Shown: positions 52,225 through 64,000, counted from the first letter of the stretch. The stretch is DNA of 64,000 bases from Felis catus (GCF_018350175.1 NC_058376.1:57660001-57724000); one strand, 5' to 3'. The notes: generated by a model from the sequence alone, not told the origin. Translations and numbers: made by a program.

Positions 52225-54855
52225 GTAAGTAAACCATAACATCTGCTTTTGAAACATATCATGCATTTTATTTTAATTTTCTTCCTTTGACATAATTCTA
52301 TGTCAGACTTTTTAATTTGAATATTTAGTATTCAGATATTCTTACAGCTTTTCCTTGTTGACCTTTTCTTTCTTAATTTTTAAAAATATTTTCATGGAAA
52401 TTTCATTTAACCAGAACATTTTTTATTAGTTTGTAAAGATGGAGAGTCCCAACTTAAAATTATTTAATCGTATCCTTTTTAGACTGGACTTAAGCAAATT
52501 ATGGAAATATTTATACCTCAAAATGTGCAATACTTTGAGACAAACTTCTCTAATCCAATTAATATAGCTGTTACTCAGTTTTATTGATACTACCCATGAT
52601 GTTTTCAGCAAAAATCTTTCACTGCCTAGATGCATTTTAATTAGAGTGAAAACCCATGTTTTTTATTATTGTTTCTCATCTGATTTTCTTGATCATGTTA
52701 TAGAGTAAGACAGTATGTTAAAGATATCATTGGGATCATAACCATTGTAGATAAGTTCAAAGCTTGGCCCGTCTTGTATTTTTTTTTTTGGTTAAGGGAT
52801 GCTCCCTTGTGTGTGAAGTTTGTATATGTATATATGTATGTGTGTGTACTTTTTCCTGTACATTTTCTCAGTTGTTGATATGTTCTTTATGTAGCACTTA
52901 AAAATTTTGAGAAGAAAAAGTGGTAATGCAGCTAGCTTATAACAAGGATAATGAAAATGAATAGGTGGTGTTACAGTTTTCATTCTTAGTGTTTTGTTTT
53001 TGATATGACATGCATGGATTTTTAAATTGCACATATTCATTGCACTTGGTGTAATGATTTCTAAAGCTAATTCTGAGAATCTTTTTCAACATTTATAGGG
53101 TTGAACTTGGGAACTTAATCTTATGTGAATGTTATTACCATTTTATTCTGGAGTGCAGATACCTTCTTTTCACTTCTTTGGAGAATCCAATTAAAATTTC
53201 TCTTTTTCCTTTTCCTACCTTACTTTCACAGACTTAACTTTTTCCTTTTTCTTGTAAAATTCAGATCCCAATTGTAAGTACTATTAATATTTTCCTCATA
53301 TATATTTTGTCCTTCCTTATATTTAGTAATGACTGACATTTTCTTCAATTTGTATTATGTATGTTATTCTTTTTTGGTTGGTGTTTGCTTGAATGCAATC
53401 CTAAATATATAAAAATATTTCTTTTAATGTAAGACATATAATTATGGCTTAGATTTATTGACTTGTTCTTTAAATGTTAGAATACTCATGACTTTTTTTT
53501 CTTTAATTGGCACCTATAAAACATGTGAACAAAGTTTAAAGAGATAAAATCTTATATCCAAAATTCATATCAAAATTTGGAGGTATTCTTTGGGAATACC
53601 TTACTTAGTACTTGTTCCTTCCTCTTAGTAAAAGAAGGTAAACACACAGATATCTGTACTGTTCTTTCAGTAACATTTTATGGTACCAATTTTAAGTTAT
53701 AAAAATGATTGTTAATTTTTGCATTTATGAGGCAGGCCTTTCTTAAAATTACTGAGGTAGTTAATTGTTCCTTAGTAAAAGTTTAATTTGTTACCACTGT
53801 TTTGTAAACCTTGCTTGACAGTAGATCAAGCTTCCCTGCCAGAATTAAACTGACCTGGTCCCTCTGTAACTTCCCACCTGGTCATGTACTATTTATCTAG
53901 TTTACTGTATAACTCACAGCAGGGCCCCTGTACCATGCATAAAGTGACATTCCCTTAGGAAGCCTTTCATGACCTTCCTCAGCCCCATCCCCAATCTAAA
54001 TTAGGCCCTTCTTATCTTCTCTGTATCATCCTGTTCTTTTCTTTCTTGGCTCTCGTAATAGGTTTTTATCACATACTTTTAAATTATTCCCTTCCTTATT
54101 AAAAGCTATTAGAAAATACGTTTTATGAATACAGAGTCTATATGTATACCAAATGCCTACAATAGTGCCTGCCACTTATTAGGAGTTAGACAATATAATG
54201 GTTGAATGAATGGTTAGTATTGGATTGTATAGTTGGAAGGCATAAATTTGTATTGCTAGTAGGTATGGATAATTGCTCATTTAACTAATTATGTTGCACG
54301 TATACCAAAGGATGTTTGGGTGCAATGGATAAAATTTCATGTTTTAGAACAGTTGAGGCCATAGATAACTTACTTTAGTTTTAATTTTAGCCTTAGAAAG
54401 TTTATGTCACATTCCATCTCTACTTACCCGTATACAGAGAGTCTAATCTCTGTAATTGATTTTGTATCTCTTAGGGGATATTTTCTTTCAGATTAAACAT
54501 TTTTTAAGACAGTTTTATATGGTGACTTGGTATTTAAATGCCACGTCTCATCCAAGTAAGCGGTGTAATGTATTTCCTTTGTTTATATATCTGTGTTTCT
54601 CATAATAGAACTCTTATATTTTGTTCTTGGTGATTATAGGTTTGTGAATATTGTTACATTCAGTGCCCATAATAACTAGAACTGTACATGCTTACAGCTG
54701 CCTAGGGTTTGGGTACTCATTGTACATTCGTGCAGTTTCAGTCAACTAATATATTAACTACTGTTTTCCAGTCTATTATCTTAATGCTTTGTCATTATAT
54801 ATTGCATTTATCACTAACAAAAGATAATTTGTCCTGTTATGCATTTATTTTATAG

Positions 54856-54973
54856 ATGCTCCTGAGGTTTCAGTAACAGGCTATGATGGGAATTGGTTTG
54901 TAGGAAGAAAAGGTGTTAATCTCAAGTGTAATGCTGATGCAAATCCACCACCCTTCAAATCTGTGTGGAGCAG
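54856..54973 (+). CDS. NECTIN3: Nectin-3 exon 4 (118 nt): N-terminal half of Ig domain D3
   Basis: Acceptor ttattttatag| ending 54855, donor GCAG|GTAATA at 54974. Translates YAPEVSVTGYDGNWFVGRKGVNLKCNADANPPPFKSVWSR. Too short to appear in the ORF track. Confidence 0.97.
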
Positions 54974-55635
54974 GTAATAATGTCAGATACTTCTAAAGAG
55001 AAATTATATAAAGTGAAAAGTATTCTTAAATGCATAATTAATTTTTTTTTAATCTGTGTAATACATGATCGTAGTAACAGTTGAAAATTAAATTAAGCAT
55101 TTCTGAGTGTTCTCCTGTCCCACCTCTCCCCTACCTTTCTATCCCTGCAGTTCTGTTTCTCAGAGGCTCCTTTTTAGCAGTTTCTTCTGGTAGTTACCAT
55201 CATAGGTCTTAAATTGCTACTTCTTATACTATTTATTGACTATTGTGGCAGATGAAAATTTAATTTTATATCTACCCCTTCACACACAAACATACCCATA
55301 CACATATTCCTACCTTTATGAGTCCCAGTGAAATTCAGCTACTTTTAGTTAAACTCTGTAGTCATTGTTTGCCTCCCTATGACAAGTAAATACTATTTAC
55401 TGAGAACTACGTAGTATACTGGAATTCTGTTTTCTTTTGTCTAAGATCTTTGTTTTCCCTGAGGCTAAGAATTCTTAGCCTCAAAGAATATCCTTAATTC
55501 TCTTTATCTGTGAAATTTCAAACTGTTATACTAAGATTTTCACTCATTTTTCTCAGTATTTAGGGCCCCCCTTTAGTCTTGAGACTTGTATCTGTCAACT
55601 GTGTATAATTTTCTCATCTTTTTGGTCATTTCCCT

Positions 55636-55637
<2 letters not shown>

Positions 55638-55677
<40 letters not shown>
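55638..55677 (+). repeat. Poly(T)40 homopolymer
   Basis: Direct count. Confidence 0.85.
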
Positions 55678-55678
<1 letters not shown>

Positions 55679-56449
55679 GTTTACCAGACCTATTTTTTGT
55701 ATACTGAATATCCTTTCTTATTTTTCAGACAATTTTTTGTTTCTCCTAGATTTCCTTGATTTATTTTCCCTAATTGACTTATTGATTTAAAACATTTTGG
55801 GGGTGTATTTAATTTCTAAGAGCATTTTCTTATTTCTCTGTTCTTTTCATAGCATTTTTTTCTTATTTTATGGATATAATGTCTTTTTGTTTTTTCCCAA
55901 GAATACAGTACTAACGTTATTTCCTCAGAGAGTTTTTTTCTGCTTCAAGTTCTTTTGTTTTTTGTTTGGTCTTTCATTTTGTAGCTATTCCTTAATTTTC
56001 TCAGTTGTCCAGTCGTTTCACAGTGATGTATTAAAATAAAATGCTGAGTGGAAACTCTGTCTTTAGAGTGGGAATTACTCATTAGTAGATTCCATTTAGA
56101 GTGATCAGGTGAGAGGATTCTTCGCCTGGAGAAGCTTCAGATGTCACTTAGGAAGAGTGAAAGTCTTTTTTTTTCATGGCCAGTTTTTTTTTTTATTGAG
56201 TATATTAATTCATTCTTTTTTTTTTAATTCATTCTTATTTCTAAATCAAAAGTGTCTAGTATCTGTACAGAGTTGAGAGGAGTCCATTATTTTTTTTTCA
56301 ACTTTCAACTAATCTCATTAATTCTTAGCCCTCTGCTTCACTCTGGCTTTCTGTAGTACAGTGAGTCAAACTCCAAATCTTGGGTTCTTTGGAGCACATT
56401 GGCTGCCTTCCCATTCATATGCCTTCTGGAAGCACTTCTTCAGCCCAGA

Positions 56450-56640
56450 GTGGAGTTTTTCAGCCTTGGCACTATTGACATTTTGGGCTGGATAAATCTT
56501 TGTTGTGGGAAGCAGTCCTGTGAATTGCAGTATGTTTAGCAGCATCCCTGGCCTCAAACCATGCCCCCCTCCTCCCAACCCTGTAGTCTCCAGACATGCC
56601 AGTTGTCCCCTGGAGATAAAAATCAATCTTGATTGAATGG
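56450..56640. mobile_element. MER20-like hAT fossil
   Basis: tcagccttggcactattgacattttgggctggataaatctttgttgtggg...gcagcatccctggcctc. Confidence 0.8.
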
Positions 56641-57363
56641 CTTAAAGCATGTATTGTTTTTGCCATCTTTTTTCCGTCTTCTGAAAGTTTGTTGAAACAT
56701 CTTGTCTGATGAATTGTGTCTCCTGTTTTGTTTTTCTTTGTGGGTTAATAGTTTTCAATTCCTTTACCCTTGTTTTAGGTGGGATTTTGTGGGAGCAAGG
56801 AAACAGTATATTTGATACATCTGTTGTCTTTAAGCAAAGATACAGTTTTTAAAGTAGAGAAGGTTTTTTTCATTTACATTTTCCTAAAAGTGAGAAACAG
56901 TCTTTGGTTAAGATGTGTGATAGGTTATTTTTAAAAGTTACACAATTCTGAGTTCCATTCCTAGATGTCTTTTTGAGTATGATGCCTAATCTCTCTAATT
57001 TTGTTTCCTCACTGATAAAAGTATGTCATAGAGTTGTGAGAGTAGAGACAATGAATATAAACGAAGTAGCATAAGTGAAATAGCATAGAAAGTGCTTAGC
57101 ATCTCATTTGCTGTGAGTTTAATGTGATATTTAGATTTTTATGACTATGGCTTATTTGAATAAGCAACTTTAAAGGATTATAAGCCATTTTTCTATTTCT
57201 CAGAATTAAAGGGATTAGAATTTGGGCCTCAAAGTGCAGAGAGATAATTGATAAGATTTATACACTCCATATTCATTCTCACCCTCCTAGAAAATGTTCA
57301 CCTTTTGAAAGCGTGTGCTTGTACTAGTGTTCTTTTCAAAGTCTTCTTAGAAGAAGGCTGGGT

Positions 57364-57586
57364 GGGGCGCCTGGGTGGCGCAGTCGGTTAAGCGTCCGAC
57401 TTCAGCCAGGTCACGATCTCGCGGTCCGTGAGTTCGAGCCCCGCGTCAGGCTCTGGGCTGATAGCCTGGAGCCTGTTTCCGATTCTGTGTCTCCCTCTCT
57501 CTCTGCCCCTCCCCCGTTCATGCTCTGTCTCTCTCTGTCCCAAAACTAAATAAACGTTGAAAAAAAAAATTAAAAAAAAAAAAAAA
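57364..57586 (+). mobile_element. Young CAN-SINE with perfect 15-bp TSD
   Basis: TSD agaagaaggctgggt at 57349-57363 and 57587-57601; CpGs intact; long A-tail; lacks ggctcag (7 bp) relative to the other young copies. Confidence 0.97.
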
Positions 57587-57605
57587 AGAAGAAGGCTGGG
57601 TGTTT

Positions 57606-57845
57606 GTTTGTTTTTTTTTTTTTTTTTAATTTTTTTTTTTAACGTTTATTTATTTTTGAGACAGAGAGAGACAGAGCATGAACGGGGGAGGGGCAGAGAG
57701 AGAGAGGGAGACACAGAATCAGAAGCAGGCTCCAGGCTCTGAGCCATCAGCCCAGAGCCTGACGCGGGGCTTGAACTCACGGACCGCGAGATCGTGACCT
57801 GAGCTGAAGTCGGACGCTTAACCGACTGAGCCACCCAGGCGCCCC
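57606..57845 (-). mobile_element. Young CAN-SINE, antisense
   Basis: CpG-rich full-length copy; TSD gggtgttt at 57598-57605 and 57847-57854. Confidence 0.96.
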
Positions 57846-59135
57846 AGGGTGTTTCTGTTTTTAAGCCATGTGAGAATATTATCTTTTTTCTTCAGTGCTA
57901 AATTGAAGTTCCAGCACTGTAAAAGATTTTGATTGTTCTTTTATCTACTACCCTGGGATTTGAAGAACAAAATCATTCCTCTTATGGTCCAGTGTTGGTT
58001 TTGTTTCTTTCTACCTTTTTATTGTTTTTTTTTTTATTCTTATTCCCTTTGTAATTAGTTGTTGGTCTTCTACTATATACTTAGATCATTGAAAGCAAGA
58101 ACCTGATCTTATTTACTTGTGAATCTCAGCAGCACTAACAGAGTAGAGTATGATTAGTAGTAAGCTACTGGTAACTAAGTAGTGGATAGCCAAGTGAATG
58201 AATGAATGGACTTTTTGAAAATCTTAGTTCAAACCATAATACTTGAGTGCCTGGGTTTACTTGACTTTTTGTCCTCTTAAAAAAATTACTCATGGACTTT
58301 AGAAATAATTTCAAAATAAATTGGTGTATTTTTTGGTACCCTAAATTTGGCGATATGATGTATAACAGTATACTTAGTCCCATTGCAGTGGGATTTTATT
58401 CTTATTGTGGTTTATGCTAATGTATAACAGGACGTCTTAGAGCCAAATTAGTATAGACCTCTATTTTTAAAAAGTTTTTATTGATGCCAAAATGGTGTCT
58501 TGGTTTTTACTGTCCCAGATGCCCACCTTAAAATTGAGATTATTTTATAAGAAGACCCTTTTTGATGCTTTAGAAACTAATCCTCTTTGGATGGGGCATA
58601 GTATAAATTTGCTCAGTATGAAATAATGCTGTTTAAATATGTTACAGAAGGTGCTAAAACATTACTATGTACTTAAATGAGTTGGCTTTCCATTAAGGAA
58701 TTTATAGATATATCATGAATTGATGTATTCACTGAGAATTATTTGTAATTCCTTTGATACTGTATGTCTTCAAATAATACATTTTTCTAATTTTCCAATT
58801 TTCTGAATTTGAGTCTTAAAATCACATAATTTTTTCTCTCCTTCTTTCCCATTCTAATATGTTGGCCTACTTCCACTTCTGTCATTTAGTATTTTGAAAG
58901 AATGGTTATTTATTTACTTTTTTTTTCCTGAAAGAGTGGGTATTCTTCATGGATTTTTGTCTGTTCATTTTTATTGACAATTCACATCTTATATACTTTG
59001 ATTTCATGGTGAATTTTACCTAAAGAATGCCAGTTCTTTTACTAATATCTCAAAAGTGTGGTATCTTATTTAAATAGCTGTCTGTGAATAAAGTCTGACG
59101 ATACATAAAATAATTTCATGCTTTTTAAAATCTAN

Positions 59136-59287
59136 NNNNNNNNNNNNNNNNNNNNNNNNNNNNNNNNNNNNNNNNNNNNNNNNNNNNNNNNNNNNNNNNN
59201 NNNNNNNNNNNNNNNNNNNNNNNNNNNNNNNNNNNNNNNNNNNNNNNNNNNNNNNNNNNNNNNNNNAAAAGGTCATCTACATTTCAG
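59136..59287 (+). CDS. NECTIN3: Nectin-3 exon 5 (predicted 152 nt), mostly hidden in N-gap 59135-59266; only the last 21 nt are read
   Basis: After the gap: nAA AAG GTC ATC TAC ATT TCA G|GTAAGT = (Q)KVIYIS, matching recalled nectin-3 ...DQKVIYISD. Before the gap: ctttttaaaatcta, consistent with an acceptor whose G is the first N. The start coordinate is inferred. Confidence 0.85.
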
Positions 59288-61044
59288 GTAAGTTACTATC
59301 TACTGGTGAAATGAGTTAATGAAATTATTCCTGTAACAGCAGTAATAATAACACTATGTTCTCATTGGCAATTTATATTTGCTAAGGTACAGATTCCTCA
59401 GTGTGAGGTTTTCCAAATAATCTAAAAGAGATATAATAAAGTAGCCCTGCCTGAAACACATATGTAAAGTGCCATTACTTAAAGAAATGTCAAAGTGTCT
59501 ATGCAATAAGCTTATATACATTTTAAGACCTTTGCATATAGTTAATTTTTCAGTTACATAGTATTAAGTATTCCTTTTATAGATAGTGTGTACCTTTCTA
59601 GGTTCTCTCATCTTTACACCGAGAGCATCTTTACACTGGGTTTGTTTGTTTATTTGTTTTTGGTTGTCACTCTCAACACAAGTGTCTCAAATAAAATGGG
59701 ATATTGACTTTGATGACCTGGCTTATTAAAGAACATACTTTGTCACTCAATATGGAACTCTATCATATTGGAATACTGAGAGGTTAAGTAGGAATGCTAT
59801 TGAAAATGTGCTAATGAAATAAAATTTAAGATGTTTCTTATTACCAGGCCTTAAGCAACTAAGAACTTAGATTTTTCACATCCCATTTATTTTACAAGGA
59901 ACATTTCTGTTCATTTGACTGAATATATAAATTTGGATACTCACAAAATACTGTTAGAGCTAAAAATACATTTATTCATGGGTGTGGCTATAACAAATTA
60001 TTAATGGAATGCTCAGTTGTAAAAATTATATAAAATATTTCGAGCATCTCCTTATTGGCTGTAAGAATATAGCAATCTTCATGTCTAAAAATGGAAAATT
60101 AAAGGAAAAAGGAAGAGAACGCTGAGAAAAGCAGGTTTGTATGGTAATTATGTAGTGGATATAGCTAAGGTTTTTATCTCTGTTCTGATCTAAAACTAAG
60201 TAAGTTAGATTTTTAGAGAAATTTTAAACTTACTTCAATGTTATATTCTCCATCTTTGATCCCTCAATCTAGGAACAATCCCTCATATTATTTTCTGTTA
60301 GCATTTCCCACAATTTTTAGTTTTATGCTTAACTTGTGTACTTATTATTCATCCTCACATTTAAGCATTTTGCATTTGCTTCATTTACCATTGAATACTC
60401 AGCACTTAGCGCCTGGCACATGATAGGCATGATGCAAATATATTTTTGCATGAATCTCACAGGAAGCTTAGAGCTGTGTACATCCCTTGCTAGCCCTTTC
60501 TGCCAGCAGCAGTGCTTTGGTAGAAATCAGATTGAGATTAAATATTAGTTTATTAGTCTCCCTTTCTTTCCTTAAAGGTTTTTGTTTTGGTTTTTTTTAA
60601 AGGATCTTAATGCCACAGGGAATGTATATTTAAAACGTATTACCTGAGGAAGGCTTACTTTTTGTTTGTGTTTCTGTTGTATAGTTTGGTATGGGATATT
60701 ATTTGTAAATCTCAGGCTCAGTGTATTATTATGTAATCATTTAAATATTGAGGCTCAATTTGGGCATTCTTATATATACTGATTCTGTTGATGATATCCT
60801 AAATTTATATCTTTTGGCATCGTGGGTCCATTTCCCAGTACTTTTGACTTACGTGTCCAACTGCCTATTAAAGATCACTAACTCTTTGTAGAAATATAAT
60901 AGGCATTTATGGCTTAACATTCAAAACTGAGGTCCTGATCTTCTGCCCCTTGCCCTCTTCCTCTAACAGTCTCCCTCCTTTCTTCTGTCATTGGTAACTC
61001 CATCCTTACATTTACTCAGGGTTTAATCCTTGATGCTTATTCTT

Positions 61045-61720
61045 TTTTTTTTTTATGAATATAATTTGTTCTCAAATTAGCTTACATACAACAGCCAGTG
61101 CTCATCCCAACAAGTGCCATCCTCAGTGCCCATCACCCACTTTCCCCTCTCCTCCAGCCCCACATCCACCCTTACTTTGTTCTCTGTATTTAAGAATCTC
61201 TTGTGGTTTGCCTCCCTCCCTCTCTGTTTGTAACTGTTTTTTCCCCCTTCCCTTTCCCCATGGTCTTCTGTTCAGTTTCTCAAGATCCACATATGAGTAA
61301 AAACATATAATATCTGTCCTTCTCTGACTGACTTATTTCACTCAGCATAATACCTTCCAGTTCCATGTGCGTTGCCACAAATGGCACGATTTCATTCTTT
61401 TTCATTGCGAAGTAGTATTCCATTGAATCTATAAACCACATCTTCTTTATGCATTCATCAGTTGATGGACATTTAGGCTCTTTCCATAATTTGACTATTG
61501 TTGATAGTGCTGCTATAAACATTGGGGAACATGTGCCCCTATGCATCAGCATACGGTAAATTCCTTGGGTAAATTCCTAGTAGTGCTGTTGCTGGGCCAT
61601 AGAGTAGCTCTTATTTTTAATATTTTGAGGAACCTCCACACTGTTTTCCAGAGCAGCTGCACCAGTTTGCAGTCCCAACAGTGCAAGAGGATTCCTGTTT
61701 CTCCACATCCTCACCAGCAC
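61045..61720 (-). mobile_element. 5'-truncated carnivore LINE-1
   Basis: Antisense ORF2 C-terminus ([23 protein letters not shown]...); TSD cttgatgcttattctt (61029-61044) / cttgatgcttgttctt (61721-61736). Confidence 0.93.
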
Positions 61721-61868
61721 CTTGATGCTTGTTCTTGATTTCAGTTGTTCTCTCATATCTCACCCAGTCCATCAACAGATCTTCCATTATGTCGTATGCA
61801 GAACCTTACTATGTCTCCACTTTTGTTGTGAGTATTCTGACCCAAGCCATCAGCAACCCTTACTTCAC

Positions 61869-62088
61869 TATTTTTGTTTGTTTGTTTATTATTTTGAGAG
61901 AGACAGAGAGCGAAAGAATGTATGTGTGTGGAGCAGGGGAGGAAGAGAGAGGGAGAGAGAATTCCAAGCAGGCTTTGTGCAGTCAGTATAGAGCCCAATG
62001 AAGGGCTTGCTCCCATGAACCCTGAGATCATGACCTGGCCTGAAATCAAGAGTCAGATACTTAACCTACTGAGCCACCCAGGTGCCCC
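61869..62088 (-). mobile_element. CAN-SINE
   Basis: TSD aacccttacttcac at 61855-61868 and 62089-62102. Confidence 0.92.
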
Positions 62089-63627
62089 AACCCTTACTTC
62101 ACAATTAAAACAGCCATTTATTCTTTCTACTTTTAATTTATCCTCAGAAGAGCAGCCAGAATGATCCTTATAAAGGGCATGTCAGATCATGTCATTTCTC
62201 TCCTGCAAACCTTTCGTGGACTTCTCATTTTACCCTCAACTAAACCAAATCTTTCAATGACTATATTACAAGGGTCTGTACATGCTCTGGTCCTAGATTA
62301 TCTCTCTGACTTCATATTTTATTATATCTCTTGCTCCCTTGGCCTTGTTGCTAGCTTCCTTGCTATTCTCTGACCATAACAGGCACATTGCTACCTCAAG
62401 AGTCTTTGACATGCTGTTGCTCTTGCTGGAAAGCTTTTTAGATATCCTTACACCTCTTTCCCTCACTTCCTTTAGGTCTTTGCTCAAGCATCACCTTCAT
62501 AACTATATTTAAAACTGAAAATTGAAACTTTTTTCTCACCCCTTTACTACTTTCTGTCTCCTTCTCTGCCTTATTTTTCTCTACAGTATTTATTGCCACA
62601 TAAATGTTCATATTTTATTTATATGCTGTTTTTACTTCTATTAGAACATAAGTCCTTTCATCTGTTTTAATCGCTACTATATCCCCACCATCTGCAATAA
62701 TTTTTGGCATGTGATAGGTGTTTAGTCAACTTTTCTTGCATGAATGAAAATATTTGTTTGAGAAGAAAACCATCAGGAAAAAATTAAAACTCCAGAATGT
62801 GCTTTTTATGTATCTTTATTTTCTTTGACAAGGTAAAGAACATAACACTGGTGATAAACTGTGCACATTTTTTGATCATCCTCTACTAAGTCTCATAAGA
62901 GGGGGAATAGAATATTGGGTAAATATGAAAAATCAGTGAATTATTGCTAAGTACGTCAGAAAGATAGCATTATAAGATGCTTTTCTTTAAGCCATCATCA
63001 AGAATTAGACTTTGCCTTTCTATCCAGAGTCTTTAATATTTAATACAGTATACTATGTTGAGTTTAGTTAATTTTGCTGAGAACTTCTTGGAGGATATTA
63101 AGTATCCTAGATATACTACTGCCTTTCCAAAATGACTAATAAAGCCATTTTTATTTATTTTTATCAGAATAAAAAGCCATAATTCACTAAGAGCAAACAA
63201 TCAAGTTGTTGATCTTTTTTATTATAAGTTACATAAATAAATCCTTTTCCCTCTAGGGAAAAAAAATATTTACCTCAGTATTAAAATTGGTATTTTACAA
63301 TTTCAGAAATGATTTTTTAAAATATTTATAAAAGGAACATATCTTATGACTGGAGACTAAAAGATCTAGTCAGACCAGAGTAGAGTTAGCAACTCTGTTT
63401 AAAGGAAGTTGTAATTTTCTAATACAGTTCATCCACATTGCTAAGTGTAAGATTTTGGAAGATGTGATTGATCCAAGATTGCAATATTCAACTTCAGTTA
63501 TTCCTCATGGAGGTACAGTAAATCTTTATACAGTACTAAATGACTGCTGGAAATTGTGTTTTTCTAGTTGTTTTTGGTGTGTGTTTTTCCCTGGTACTTC
63601 TTACTTCTCTTTGAGACTAGAGGAGCA

Positions 63628-64000
63628 ATTTTTTTTTAACATACTTTATTGTCAGATTGGTTTCCATACAACACCCAGTGCTCATCCCAACAAGTGCCCT
63701 CCTCAGTGCCCATCACCCACCTTCCCCTCTCACCTGCCCCCCATCAAACCTTAGTTTGTTCTCTGTATTTTAGAGTCTCTTAATGGTTTGCCTCCCTCTC
63801 TGTTTGTAACTTTTTTTTTCTCTTTCCTCTCCCGCATGGCCTTCTGTTAAGTTTCTCAAGGTCCACATACGAGTGCGTATGGTATCTGTCTTTCTCTGAG
63901 TGACTTATTTCACTTAGCATAATACCGTCCAGTTCCATCCACGTTGTTGCGAATGGCCAGATTTCATTATTTCTCATTGCCAAGTAGTATTCCATTACAT
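63628..64000 (-). mobile_element. Carnivore LINE-1 3' end, runs off the window
   Basis: Same 3' UTR as the 16.2 kb and 61.0 kb copies; ORF2 tail MEYYLAMRNNEIWPFATTWMELDGIMLSEIS. Confidence 0.92.

Larger units (their letters stand above)
5219..59287 (+). other. NECTIN3: NECTIN3 (PVRL3) gene, coding exons 1-5; 3' exon(s) outside the window
   Basis: Exons 5219-5378, 44218-44559, 51928-52224 and 54856-54973 join in frame via GT-AG introns (phases 1,1,1,2) into MARTPGPAPLCPGGGKAQLSS...GALAGPIIVEPHVTAVWGKNVSLKC...KSVWSR, recognisable as nectin-3. The 3' end of exon 5 (QKVIYIS) is visible at 59267-59287. Confidence 0.98.
60840..62745 (+). mobile_element. L2 remnant interrupted by an L1 and a SINE
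   Basis: L2-like motifs (gtccaactgcct; cagccagaatgatcctt; aggtctttgctcaagcatcaccttc; 3' end ...gcatgaatgaa). Confidence 0.65.

Noticed and set aside
52225-52300. Intron 3 read-through (DIQCK*) as a soluble two-domain isoform
   Set aside because: No nearby AATAAA and the donor GTAAGT is consensus-strong.
57364-57420. tRNA-like A/B box sequence (gggtggcgcagtcggttaagcg)
   Set aside because: It is the tRNA-derived head of a CAN-SINE, not a tRNA gene.
1-64000. CRISPR arrays, operons, prokaryotic defence or other novel multi-gene systems
   Set aside because: The window is a mammalian intron-rich locus; all repeated units are SINEs, LINEs or microsatellites, with no regularly spaced repeat-spacer array.

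Overview
Mammalian genomic DNA from a cat-family carnivore, judged by its felid-type CAN-SINEs and carnivore L1 3' ends. The window holds the 5' part of NECTIN3 (PVRL3, nectin-3) on the + strand. A CpG-island promoter (~4.0-6.0 kb) is followed by coding exons 1-4, which splice cleanly by GT-AG into a 306-aa open frame (signal peptide, IgV, IgC2, start of a second IgC2). The last 21 nt of exon 5 emerge from an N-gap whose size fits the expected missing exon. The transmembrane/cytoplasmic exon(s) lie beyond the window. The rest is intron filled with 19 recognisable CAN-SINEs, L1/L2/MIR remnants, MaLR/MER21 LTRs, hAT DNA-transposon fossils and microsatellites. I found no evidence of a new multi-gene system. 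The points most worth checking are: exon 5 hidden in an exactly sized gap; five tail-to-tail inverted SINE pairs, one with a deleted hairpin tip; tandem GTAGGT donors and intronic stop+AATAAA sites that could give soluble nectin-3; a decayed homolog of a human alternative first exon; and a G4/CUG-rich 5' leader. Repeat family names come from recalled consensus sequences and need RepeatMasker/Dfam confirmation.
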